Shown here one piece after another: positions 39,882 through 52,370 of a stretch of 64,000 nt of DNA. Where the stretch lies: contig NC_092671.1 in the NCBI RefSeq assembly GCF_964355755.1, positions 32,808,304 to 32,872,303 on the forward strand, in the 5' to 3' direction. The position numbers and the translations under genes were made by a program. Each line of letters opens with the position of its first letter. The stretch's first letter is position 1. The notes below the pieces were generated by a model. It saw nothing but the letters and a program-made list of their open reading frames with translations. It did no database searches and was not told the origin of the DNA. The DNA is from Antedon mediterranea. Its lineage: Eukaryota > Animalia > Echinodermata.

Positions 39882-42800
39882 TGCGTACCACTAAGCTCAT
39901 GTAGTCCCAATGACAGATATGTACCGTCCTGTTGTACTACTAAAACGTAATGTTGAAATGTATAATTACCTCAGCAGGTATAAATGTTGTGACAATTGGA
40001 TCTGATAAATTGTTCAGTTTAACTCCAGGTATTGACAATGAAATAATCTGACCATTGGTTCTTGTTGCATTATTTGACTGGTTTGTTGGAAATAGTGAAC
40101 TGTCATTATATACTACTGTAACCACACGAAAATCAGATGTTCCTGTTTGAAAAAAAAAACAAATAAATCATTATTAGGGATGTTTTCTGATAAAAATCTG
40201 AACATACACTGTACATTATAATTACAATGTATTTTGTAAACGTTTATTTCTTTGAAACATTTGGAACAGTCATGTCATGCTTGTGTGTTGATTATTCATT
40301 ATGAATAACGAGTACGTTGATGATGATCCTGATCATGTTGTATTTCAAAAATAATCGTCATTTGACCACTTACCATTGGAGGCTGCAAACATTTTAGTAA
40401 TTGTTGGAGGAATATAAATACTGACAGATGCGGCATTTTTCAGCTCATCCTTCTTACTAAATCCTGTCACATTTACTATTGCACTAGTATCTGCAGATTG
40501 ATAAGATGCGATTCCAATTCCAGTGTGATCAAGTTCATTTGTTTTAACACTTTGAGCTTGTACTGCTACGCTGCTGGTTACAAATTCATATTTATCGTTT
40601 TTAAGATCAACAACTGCTAATTGTTCTTCAAGGGATTCAACAATTCTACTAGGAGCTTGTGTTTGCATCTGACTCTCTAAAAGAACATCATCATCTACTT
40701 CAAACAGACTAGCAATAGTGCCAACTAATGTTGATGTCACCTGGATAAAAATTAAAACAAAGAAATATTAATATACATGGAAAACTCCAACTTTAATATG
40801 TTATGATGCAATGTATATAAATAAAATATAAACTCACTTCAGCAGATGTTGAATTTACAGAAGTAACACTTTCAATAATGTCTGCAGTTGCTTCCAAACC
40901 ATCTGGTGTAATAGTGTCTGATTCAGTTGTTGTAATGTTGTTGACTGCAGTAATTACTTCCTCTGCATTTTCTTCAGTAACTGTGATCTAAAATGAATTA
41001 CAATATAATAAGATAGTAAAACACGATGAACTAAAAGTAAGTAGATCAAATAAATTAATTATTAAATCATTATTAATTAGTTCATTACAATTAGATCTCA
41101 GTACTTGTAATAGTCAATATAACACTTTCTTCACTGACCATATTTAACCTTTCTAGAAGTTCATCAGATGTAGCATCTCTACCACAGTCTTGTAATATTA
41201 CATCTTGCCACACAGCAGCCGACAGGCCATCACTATAGCATGTACACAAGCCTAGAGGCATACCATCTATTTATGACAAAATATAATATTTGTATCGCTC
41301 TATGATGAATACAGATTCTTGTGAGGCATACAATAACAATGTAATAACTCACCACAGCCAGGTAATAAATTGTCATGAATATCTTTCGTCTAAATATGTT
41401 TAACTAAAAGACGTCAGTGATTGTGTATAATGTGTTATTTTAATCAAATGCAAGCTGTCTAAGTACGGTATCACAAATGTCAGAAAGTAATAGGAACTTA
41501 TGTGGTGCCATTCATCCTCCAGTACCTCACTTTTTATCAACATTTTATTTGAAATGAAAGAGTTTATCAAAAAAATAATGCACAAATCAGAAAACGACCA
41601 TACAAAATGAAACCAGCTTACAATTGATTTTAGATTCTGGACAACCTTCTTCAGATGGTGTATTCTGACCGACATCAGCAGGTCCGAAAGTTAATCCATC
41701 TATTATCTCTACATTGCAACTCTCTAATAAATAAAAACAATGTATACAGGCTTATTATTGATTAAAATAATCTCAAAAAAACATTAAAATAAACAATTAA
41801 TGTACGTGTTAAATGTATACAGATGGAGGATACAAAGGAATAGATTCAGGAAAAGGATGCAAACAGGAGTTACATTTCAAGAGTCTAAAATCTAGTTAAA
41901 CATGTTTTTACCCGTGCTAAATATGACAATATTATCAGCATCTATAACTCCTTTATCTCCTATCTTTTTAAATTCTCCTGATAAATTTTTCCTGAAATTA
42001 TTGTAACTTTGGTCTGTACTTGGTTTATATATGTTGATGTTAGCAATCACACTCCCAGAACGTAGTGTACGAACTTGAACAAATATATCAGTTATACTTA
42101 TACTCTCAGTTAACTGAAAACAAGAGAAAATAATAAGTTATGGTGAGGAACTGCAGAGTCTGTTTCTACAAAAATAACCAACATTTATATAAAACAAAAT
42201 TGTTTTGTAATTCGGCATGGTTATGTATTTATGTTGACACAACTATTGTGGAAAATAAGGTTATATGTGTGTATCATGTCAAAATTACAGTTAAAATTGA
42301 ATACTTAAATTAGATAGTAATTGATTGTTGGTAGCAACAGACCATAGTATTTGTATAGTGTCCTGGAAGAAGCTAGTATAACTTTTTTAATATTGGATTT
42401 AGATAACTATTTAATTTTAATATTGGATTGATGCATATACGTTCTTCCTCTGAGAAAAGACATCAACTAACAAAAACATTGATTGATATGATTTTCAGTA
42501 GCTGATGGTGTACTTTGTACACTTGTCTATTATATAAAATATAATATGTATATGTATATACAGATAACGGCTATTCGCAGATATGCCATTATTCTAAATT
42601 CTTTATCAAAACCTACCAAGTTCTCAATTTCAGTTGAAGTGTTTTTGAATTCTTCCGAGGAAGGGTTGTTTAATGCAGACGTAAATTGTAAATTCTTGAA
42701 AGTTAATACTGTTGGTACAGTAAATGCATCTATGGATTAATAGAAACACATTATTATAATAAACTATTTTACTGAATAAACACTGAAATCAGCATGTCCT

Positions 42801-44344
42801 ATTTACACATAGTTTCTGAAGTTAGTTAATGAAGTCTTAGTCTTTGTATATCAATACATCACAAAGAAATGAACACAGATTATAGTAGCACTATTCATAA
42901 ATTCTTCATGGTCATAACGATTGGATAAAGGTATACCAAAGTAAGTAAATTGAGTATAGAGATCTTTTAATTCCACTATCCATGTAACTGTGTCTATGTT
43001 GCAATTGGATCACTATTCGTTTACATATTACTATTGATATACGTTTACCTGCAACAATAAGCGCTGCCTTCATTGATATGTCTGTTACGTCACCATGTGG
43101 CGATACTCCAAATGCTTTGCAGTAATAATAGCCTTAGTTTTCCAGACCAACTTCATTCATTGTGAGGAACTTTAGGCTTTGTGTTTCAGATGGGAGTTCG
43201 ATGTCGTCTTTATACCAACGCCAGTTAATTGAGTAAGTTACAATACACTGGAAAGTGACTGTATTTTTTAGATTAGCACTCAGTGATAAAGGTTGAATTT
43301 CTGCTGTTGGTTCACCTAATTTATACAGTATAATACATTCAATGTGAATAATGTACAAACATTTGATTTATTCATTGTATCATTTATATCATGCATGCAA
43401 GTCCTAATCCAATATTAAGCCAAGATCTGACCTTGATAAATTAAGAAAGTGCAAAGTTTAGTTAATACCTGGTAGTATTTGACATAAGTTGCCTTCATAT
43501 AATACACGACAGTTACATGCAAAGCTCGTTTCTAACTGTACACAAGTACCTCCATTTTGACATGGTGAAGAAGTACACGAATCTGTAATGAAAAAAAAAA
43601 CGTTATCCAATATGTATAAGCAGTACAGCTAGTAGTACTCCTAGTCGACAACCTCATAATTTTTTATTGATTTGTTATTATATTCAAATGGAAATGCTAG
43701 CCGAAGCGCTCTACGAGAGCAACACATTCATTTGGTTATATTAGAAAAGACTCTTTATTTCTATAATTCTTCATCAGGTTAATTTTTGTGCCAGTTTTCT
43801 GTGGTTAGTAGCACTTTGTCCATACTATGCTGCTTGTATAGTTATTTTTTAAGTAGTAGTATTGTTTGAAACATTCCACATTCATGATCAAATAAATCAT
43901 TAAACAAAAATACTTGCCTCCTATTTTTATTTCAAATTGACATGTACCACTGTTTTCCGAGTGGTCAAATCCAGTATAAATTACAGTATGCGTTCCAAAG
44001 GTAAATATATCTCCAGAATTACTTGTTGAACTTAATATAACAGATTTTCCAGAATTATCAATATACCTAGGGTCTGGCCAAGTAATGGCATTTCCAGATG
44101 TTGTAGTTGCTATATCAATGATGTCATCAGGACACTATAAAACCGGTGGTTCATTATCTACAAAAAATAATCATTAAATTTATAAAAATATCTTCACCTG
44201 AGACTGAGAAATAATATTATAAAGACAACTGTAACATTTACTACGGGATTGAAACATTTACAACACAATGGACTGATTGGGCTTAACATATTACGTCTAC
44301 CGACATAAATATTTATTATTAAGTAAAGTTACATTAGTATACAG

Positions 44345-45337
44345 CAGGGCCTGGGGGTGGGGCCTGATGCGAAGCGAATTTTGTTAAATGACACCCCTAG
44401 ATGGCCGGAAAAGACACTCTCGTGCAGCATGCTACCAATGAGCAAAAAGATCGTACTTTTTTCCTCCTTCTCAAACACGTCGATAATTTAAAGGACGATA
44501 ACTATTTGTTGCCGTATGTTAGATGCGCGTGCTCTGTGCGGAACCGCCGATTGTTTGATCATTTACTCCGTATTTTGTTTTGCGTTCAAGTTCAATGCGA
44601 ACGTACATCTAGGAGCAGCCCCGAAAAAAGCACACTGGTTGAAGGCAAATGCTATTTGCTAGCTCTATCTATAATATTTATTTACAGCAATTTGTTGAGG
44701 AATATAAATATTTAAATAGGTGATATTGATACATTTTAGTACGTATCGGCTGGTGGTCTAGAAAAAAATAATCGGATGCCATAATGTGAACTACAGTACT
44801 TGATACCATAGATATTATAGTGTAAAATATTAATATTCACTATAATCTTCTATGATACATTATACTTCATAGTCACACATAAATACTGATGTACGTCGGA
44901 AGGCTATATACTTTATGCATGCTGCCTGACTGCCAGTGATCTAAACAATTATAGGTACGCAGTTGTCTGGCGGTGTCCTTTGTACGAATCGTTCGTGCCC
45001 CAGTTCGCTATGAGACGCGTCAATATCATGTTACATGCAGGGACCAAACATTTATTTTTCAGGTTAAAATCGGCAATTCATTTGCAGCTTTTAGAAATTT
45101 ACAGACATGTATCGCTAGTTGACGCTCATACAGAGAAGAAGGTTCACGAACAAGTTTACGAATTTTTCAATTTACAAACAACTTTTTGTACTGTGGGGCA
45201 CGTATTTGGAGGATTTTTGGAGATGAGGGTGAGGTATTGGGCATGTCGGGGATGGGGGTTCGCAGTCGGTTAAGGGGGGTTCGCTGTAAAGGGGGGGTTC
45301 GCCCGAACCATAAAAACCCCCCTGGCTACGGGCCTGT
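44345..45337. mobile_element. hAT-like non-autonomous element, left end degraded
   Basis: Right end AAAACCCCCCTGGCTACGGGCCTG. Internal 44930-45200 is homologous to the interior of the 45783-48257 element. No clean TSD. Confidence 0.5.
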
Positions 45338-45782
45338 ACAGTATTAACAAGTATTATTGTAATCTTTTATTAACAATATACCAAATATAAAAAACAAAAG
45401 ATTATTCCAAGTTACCTTCAACCGTGACATTAAATTCACATTTGTTCATGTTATTGCTGTTATCACTAGCAGTGTATACAACAGAAGTGGTTCCAATATT
45501 AAAAACACTACCAGGACTCGTTGAAGCAACTAGCGGTACTTTACCCGAATTATCTTCAACGTCAGGAGTTTTCCAACTTACTCTTGCATTAGATGACCTT
45601 TGATCAGTTTCTGTGAAAATGCTATCAGGATAAAATTTGAATACTGGATCTTGCTCATCTAATGAAAACAAACCATATAGAATTATCTGTTCATATTCAT
45701 AAACTTATAACGTAACAGTATTCTAGTGCTTATGCTTTGCTTTATGCTCTGAATGTACCGGCGTGGGCAGTGTGACCTGAAA

Positions 45783-48257
45783 CAGTGGTGGCGCCAGCGG
45801 GGGGGGGGGGGGCTACGGGGGCTCTATCCCCCTCGTCGGGGAGCCTAGCGCCCCCCCCCCCCCCCCGTCGGGGAACACGGGTACTTTTTGTCGGGGAATA
45901 TAATATACAGTAAAAAACGTTCGCGTTCACTTCATGCTTCAGCGCCTAGAAAACCACGACGTTCCATTGACCGTGAGAGTACGTCAGAGGGCTATTATGC
46001 ACTTTTATGCATTCATTTATTGCCAGCGATCTAACTTACTACTAAACATTAGCTAGGTACGCACTTGTCTGGCGGTATCCCTTTGTACGAATCGTTCAAC
46101 GTTGGGTCGTTATGGTTTCGATCCAAGTCGGCCCTAAACCGTCTCGGCCAAAGTCAAGTCGGCCCCAAGTCAAGTCGGCCTCAAGTCAACTCGGCCGCAA
46201 GTCAACTCGGCCTCAAGTCAACTCGGCCTCACGTCAACTCGGCCAAAAAATAATCGGTCAACTCGGCCCATCAAAGTATGGAACGCAAAAAGTGCAAATA
46301 AAGGGGATTGATAAAATAATATTTCTTCACAATTTTTTAACTATGAATAATTCTGACTTTTAATGAATATTATTATTTAGACAATAATATATTTAGCAAA
46401 AAAAATAGGAATGATTTCACCAACTTTCCTTTATTTACGTTTAATAAAATTTCGTAGCTGTGCGTTTGCCAGCTTTTTCGATATCTACAACTGCTACGTG
46501 TTTTCGCTGACCGGGGGATTCCCCTTTTTTTAAAACGCAAATCATGCACAAAAACGATGTACGATCATTTTTTCTATGGCCAAATGGTGGAACGTAGGCC
46601 TCCGTCTTCGATTTCCTAAAATACGGTACCTGCACGTGTTTTTTGTAACACGCGGGTACTTCTAATCTATTCATATCGGCAATGAGTTCATTTTTTTATA
46701 TGATATTATATTTTTTATTTCTTCATTTTTTTTAAAACGTGGATAGTAAGAATCGTAATAATATTAAGCACTTTTTGCGTTCCATACTTTATTGTGGCCG
46801 AGTTGACCGATTAGTTTTTGGCCGAGTTGACGTGAGGCCGAGTTGACTTGAGGCCGAGTTGACTTGAGGCCGAGTTGACTTGGGGCCTACTTGACGTGGG
46901 GCCGACTTGACTTTGGCCGAGACGGTTTGGGGCCGACTTGACCTGCAACCGTCGAGACGCGTGATATCAAGTTCCATACAGGGACCAAAATGTGTAATGT
47001 AGTTATTTTCCAGGCGAAGTTTACCGACGGTTACCGAAGGGAACACGGGTACTTTTTGTCGGGGAATATAATATACAGTAAAAAGCGTTCGCGTTCACTT
47101 CGTAGCTAGCTTCAGCGCCTAGAAAACCGCGACGTTTCATTGACCGTGGAGAGTACGTCAGAGTGATATTATGCACTTTATATGCATTCATTTTTGCCAC
47201 CGACCTAACTTACTACTAAACAATAGCTAGGTTCGCACTTGTCTGGCGGTATCCCTTTGTACGAATCGTTCAACGTTGGGTCGAGACGCGTGATATCATG
47301 TTCCATCCAGGGACCAAAATGTGTACTGTAGTTATTTTCCAGGCGAAGTTTACTGACGGTTACGTCGTGTACTGCGTCGACGTACGCTACACTACAGCAA
47401 AAACGAATTATGTTAATTGTTCGTATGTTCACCAATTTTTTAATTTACAAGTAACCTTCTGTACCGTGGGGCACCTAAAATAAAATTTTCATCCATTACT
47501 AAACAAAAAAACATGCCATTTTCGCTTAGCCAACATCTTATTATAGCTAAGTTATTACATTTTCAATGTCCTGTATGTCATGAATTTCTCACCACTCGGA
47601 AGTCCAGATAGTACGCACGCATACACTTGGGAGGAATAAACTTATTTCCCCGACTGAAAAAGGTCTACGCTTGCGTTTTTTAAGCCTCTAGGCCTGATGT
47701 TTCCAAAGTATAAAATGCAATTTTTTGAAGACCTGCAGCTCTAGTTTTAAACAGTTTCTTAGCTCAGCCCCAACAATAAAGCTGGTCATATTTCGAAGTA
47801 CAAGAAGTGCATTTTCCGGGACCTAACATCTCTATTTTTCAAACATTTCTTAGCTCAGTCACAACCATGATAGGGACTTATATATTTTGTTTCATGTTTT
47901 GAAGTATATTAAGTCCAATTTCCGGGACCTCCAACTCTATTTTTCTAAATTTTCTTTGAACTTTTATTTTTTAAATTGAAAAATATGGATTGAAACAGTC
48001 ATCGCGCATCGTTTTTTTGCACGCAGTATTTTATTTATGCATTATAAAAAATGGAAAAAATGGCTACCCTAAATCTGATTAAAATGACCTCAAATGACGC
48101 TAGAACGCGTTGCTTCCGGGGGCTTCGCCCCCTGGACCCCCACCGGGGGCCCTTGGCGGCCCCCTGGCCCCAAGCCTAGTGATGCTCGCTTCGCTCGCAT
48201 AGCCCCCTCGTCGGGGAATGTAGCCCCTGCGTCGGGAAGATCCTGGCGCCACCCCTG
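45783..48257. mobile_element. Non-autonomous hAT element
   Basis: TIR CAGTGGTGGCGCCAG / CTGGCGCCACCCCTG; exact 8-bp TSD ACCTGAAA (45775-45782, 48258-48265). Internal direct duplication ~45870-46110 vs ~47040-47285. Confidence 0.9.
46114..46950. mobile_element. MITE with ~15-bp subterminal repeat arrays, nested in the hAT
   Basis: Arrays of AAGTCAACTCGGCC (46124-46270) and GGCCGAGTTGACTT (46795-46940) in inverted orientation. The uninterrupted target is visible in the duplicate at ~47270-47290. Confidence 0.8.
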
Positions 48258-48442
48258 ACCTGAAACAGGAAATTGTGGTAGAATAATTGAAAATAATAAC
48301 AACATGATAGAACAATCAAAATGCAAAGGTAGACTGGATTCGCCAAAAACAAATACAGATGAGAAGAGAATGACTAGAAATTGCAAAGTGCCGCGAGCAT
48401 ATCTCTGTGATATGCCTAGCATAATGTAGTTTTGATGACGTG

Positions 48443-48675
48443 GGCCCTGTTACAACCGTTAATGTAGAAAACGCCAGCTAATGTCGAAACAACCGTTAAT
48501 GTAGAACAACCCACTGCTTATGTAGTAAAACCTCCAGCTTATGTAGAAACACCAACAGCTTATGTAGTGAATAAAAATCAACACCAGCTAATGTTGAAAC
48601 AGTCAACAGCTTATGTAGTAACGAAAATTGCCTCCCAGCTTATGTAGTTACTATCGCCAGCTAATGTAGAAAATG
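48443..48675. repeat. Imperfect tandem array (CAGCT(T/A)ATGTAG), likely one arm of a TIR element
   Basis: About 10 copies of CAGCTTATGTAG/CGTTAATGTAG after GGGCCCTGTTACA. The partner arm was not found. Confidence 0.55.
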
Positions 48676-49199
48676 TTATTTTTTTTTTTTTATTAAATAA
48701 TAATTGTTTTCAATAAAAATTTAAATTTCTATGATCTTACTGGTATTCATTGTATATATTTATTTATTTATTTATTTTCAATCTTTCTACATAACAAAAA
48801 AGTATAACAGGGGAGTAGCGGAAAAGCAAAAGTAAAAACTGTCATCTTGTGATATGCTTGATCAGCATCTTCTAGACAGTTCCTACTGACGATCGAATAT
48901 TTTTTGTATAATATTATTGATTATAATAAATATTGATTGATTGATTACTCATGCCTACTACCTATTCCCTTTTACTACCATACCATTTAGAAATAAACCA
49001 CACACGCAATCGATTATTGTGCTGCCCTCGATAACGGTCGCGTCTTCTAGACAGCCAGATAACCAATATAATATACTACGATAATAATAATACGACGCAT
49101 AATAAACGTTAGTAACGAAACTCTAACTATATGTACATCTAGTGTCTTATTTGGTTATCTGGCTGTCTAGAAGACGCGACCGTTATCGAGGGCAGCACA

Positions 49200-50610
49200 G
49201 TTACCAGCTGGTACAATTATTGGATGTTTTTGGTTGTAATCTATCTCCAGATTTGCAGAGCGTCCTCCGATTCTAAGTAGCCCGTCGTCTCCCAAAATAG
49301 GATCTAACTTTCGAAGAGCGCTGATCTTCGGTAATGGACGTCTCATTTTGAGACATGCAATCTCCTCTAGGTACGTCTCTTCTTGGACCGCCTGCACCAC
49401 AACGATTCTGACTGCGCTAATCTCATCTGGTGTAACCTGGAAAGTAAAAGTTCCCCAGCTGTTTTTCTTTTTCAACTTGAACGAAGCTGCCACCTTCTTG
49501 AGTTTTGCTATCACAATTAGCAGTCTTCGCCAATCAGAAAAACGTTTAAAACGTGTGTTGCCAAGTCGCGGCTTAACGGTATGTGTTGACATTGTGGTGA
49601 CGGTTGGTCTTACTTCGTCATCTTCTTCCGGATCTATCAAGTCAAATGTGTTTTCAGGAACTGATGCCTGTGGCCTGTCAGTCTGGACAATGCTCTGCCC
49701 ATCGAACCAGTTGCTGCACATGAGATCGTCTGGAGTAGTCGGTCTTGAGGCAACGTCAGCTGGATTGTTTTCGGTTGCTACATAGTGCCATTGACTTGGA
49801 GATGTTGATTTAGTGATCCGGTTGATTCTATTTGCCACATAAACACAGAAGCGTCTTGTCTTATTGTTTATGTAGCCAAGCACTACGCGACTGTCTGTAT
49901 AAAACGTCACCGCATCAAAGTGGATATCCATTTCGTCTTTTATAATTTCAAACATCTCAGTCGCTAACACGGCAGCGCATAATTCCAGTCTTGGAACTGT
50001 GTGAGCTGGTTTGGGAGCTACCTTGCTCTTGGATATTACAAAACCAGTATGAGGTCCATCTTCGTTAGTCACCGTACGGTATGCGACAGCTCCAATGGCT
50101 TGCGTAGATGCGTCTGAGAATATGGTCAACTCCTTTTTGGCGCTTGATAAAATGGACGTGTTTACGTATCGTCTTGATACCTTTAGCTTCTCTAAGCGCT
50201 CCAGTGACGTCCTCCAACTATCCCACTCTCCTCTGTTATCTAAGTCTAGGGGTGCATCCCAATCTGTGCTACCTTTGCTTAGTTCTCTAACAAGCAGCTT
50301 TCCTTGTAAAGTGACAGGTGAGACAAGTCCCAGTGGATCGAATATGCTATTAACTACGGATAACATGCCTCTTCTTGTGTACTCACTTGGTTCGCGAGAT
50401 ATCTTGAAGGTAAAGTAGTCATTTCTTACGTCCCATAGCACGCCTAGACTTCGTTGAATTGGTACTTTGTCTGTGTCGACGTTAAATGTTTGTAAGTCCT
50501 TCGCCTTGTCTACGTTGTCGAAAGCGTCCATCACCTTTTGGCTGTTTGAGGCAATTTTGTGTAGCTTCAAGTTTGATTCCGCAAGCATGGATCTCGTTCT
50601 GGTCAGAAAC
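49200..50610 (-). pseudogene. BEL pol: RT C-terminus and RNase H (Pao peptidase A17 region), truncated before integrase
   Basis: RSLGVLW, TRRGMLS..FDPLG, IFSDAS, TVPRLELCAA, FYTDS, NPADVASR, LRIGGR, KHPII; then it runs into inverted LTR sequence. Confidence 0.9.
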
Positions 50611-52370
50611 CAGTCCGTCATCCACATAGAAGTTTCGCAAGACGTAATGGCTGGCATCCTCTCCATACTTGTCTTTAGATTCTTTTGCAATGCGACCCAT
50701 ACAGTAGATCGAGACTGCCGGCGATGGGCTGTTTCCGAAAACATGGACATTCATCCTGTAGTCAATAACTTCATTGGTCATATCGTTGTCTTTGAACCAC
50801 TTAAAACGGAGGTAGTCACGATGGTCTTCTCTCACGTAGAAGAAGTAAAACATCTGTTGGACGTCTGCGATTACAGCAATACTCTCTTTCCTGAATCTTA
50901 ATAGGACTCCTACTAAAGTGTTGTTCAGGTCAGGACCACTTAGCAACACCTTGTTTAATAAAACTCCGCCAAGGTCTGCACTTGAATCGAAAACAACTCT
51001 TATTTTGTCCGGTTTTTGTGGATGATAGACACCAAACATCGGCAGATACCAACGTTCCTTCTCTGGTGAAATAGGCGGGGCTGGCTCAGCATGTCCGTGA
51101 TCTAACTTCTGCACAAACTCAACAAACTGGCTCTTTTGTGAAGGCTTCTTGTTGAGCGTCTTGCAAAGTGAATGCAATCTTCTTCTGGCTAGGGCTTCAT
51201 TGTTAGGAAGCGGTTGTCGGGACGGCTTGAAAGGCAATGGCGCCACCCAACTTCCTTTCTCATCTTTGAACACTTCACTATCCATGATGCTAACAAATTG
51301 TCGTTCTTCGACATACATGGCCGGTTTGTCGTCGTGTTCTGTGACATCAAAAACGTCTTTCACCTCGGACAGATAAATAGCGTTATGACAACTATCAAAT
51401 TTAGTTCCGTTCTTTATGGTTTGTGTCTTATATGTTCGCGTTGGCTCCGAAGTAGCATCTAAACATGTTTCTCCTATAATCACCCATCCCAAGTCCAACC
51501 TTTGTGCGAAAGGTGCATCATCTGGGCCGTTTATTTGTTCCCTGACTTTATGGACTTGCGCAACGTCTCTTCCTATAAGTAGGAGTATTGGTAAGGCGCG
51601 ATCTACATTTTCTATCATTTCGGCGATAGGTTTAAGGTGCGGGTGGTAACGAGCGATATGAGGTGTTGGGATTTCCTCGAAATTGTCAGGAATCATATTG
51701 CATTCTCTTATATACGGAAGCTTGACTCTCGTTTTACCATCGGTTGACGTGATACACATTCTGTCCGTCACCCTTCCGGTAGTCTGGACTGTTCCACTAC
51801 ACGTACGCATACTGAAGACGGTGGGTGTAGAATTCACATTGAAGTGGTCGAACAGTTCTCCTTTTGCTAACGTACTATTGCTCTGATCGTCGATTACCGC
51901 ATATACAGTTAGTGCTTCGCTTTCGTTATCTTCTGGAAATATTTTCACCTTGCAAATTTTTGCACATGAGCGACCACCAGGCACACCTCCGCACACCATG
52001 GTGCAAGAAGGGGAAACAGAAATTCCGGTACTCTCCTCGCCGTTGCTTTGTGGAGTTGGAGCAGGAGGTTGTGGTGTTGTTGGTGAGGCAGGTTTTGTTG
52101 GTGTAGCAGGTTTTGGTTTGGTGTAATGCATTGCTGTAATGTGTCGGTTACTGCTACATTCTTCACACTTAATAACCTCATGACAGTCCCGAGCTTGATG
52201 TTCGTTTGTTGCACAACACTTGAAACAGATCTTGTTTTGTCTAAGTAACTCTTTGCGCTGTTCGATTGGTTTTTGCTTGAAAACTCTACATTTGCTAAGA
52301 GCGTGGTTCGTCTTGTGGATAGGACAAACTCGGTCTGGATTTTCGTTAACTGCATTAGAATGTTTTTTTG
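50600..52370 (-). pseudogene. BEL gag zinc knuckles, aspartic protease and reverse transcriptase
   Basis: CPIH..H...C, CFKCC..H...C, CEEC..H; YAVIDDQSNSTL; LLIGRD; KIRVVFDSSA, ADVQQMF, HVFGNSPSP, NFYVDDGL followed by a frameshifting deletion. Confidence 0.92.

Larger units (their letters stand above)
33364..45658 (-). pseudogene. Adhesion GPCR, 5'-partial (HYR-HYR-EGF-Ig-SEA-HormR-GAIN/GPS-7TM); exons 45416-45658, 43918-44157, 43469-43582, 43049-43315, 42617-42729, 41912-42113, 41622-41723, 41139-41266, 40838-40987, 40374-40740, 39970-40142, 36585-36752, 35536-35648, 34576-34838, 34315-34381, 33364-33880
   Basis: EGF CTSSPCQNGGTC; Ig C..W.WYKD..GYYYC; SEA LNNPSSEEFK..RSGSVIA; [30 protein letters not shown]; 7TM HYFLLTSMFWM, MGLTW, LNSLQGFAIF. 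In-frame stops at 44135-44137 (HYR) and 43134-43136 (Ig). SEA through C-terminus is intact, so a functional shorter isoform is possible. Confidence 0.88.

Noticed and set aside
46124-46940. Short regularly spaced repeats resembling a CRISPR array (also 645-830 and 48460-48675)
   Set aside because: There are no unique spacers and no cas genes, the context is eukaryotic, and the arrays are inverted subterminal repeats of TIR elements.
49348-52106. Multiple plus-strand ORFs over the retrotransposon
   Set aside because: They are antisense shadows of gag-pol with no motifs.
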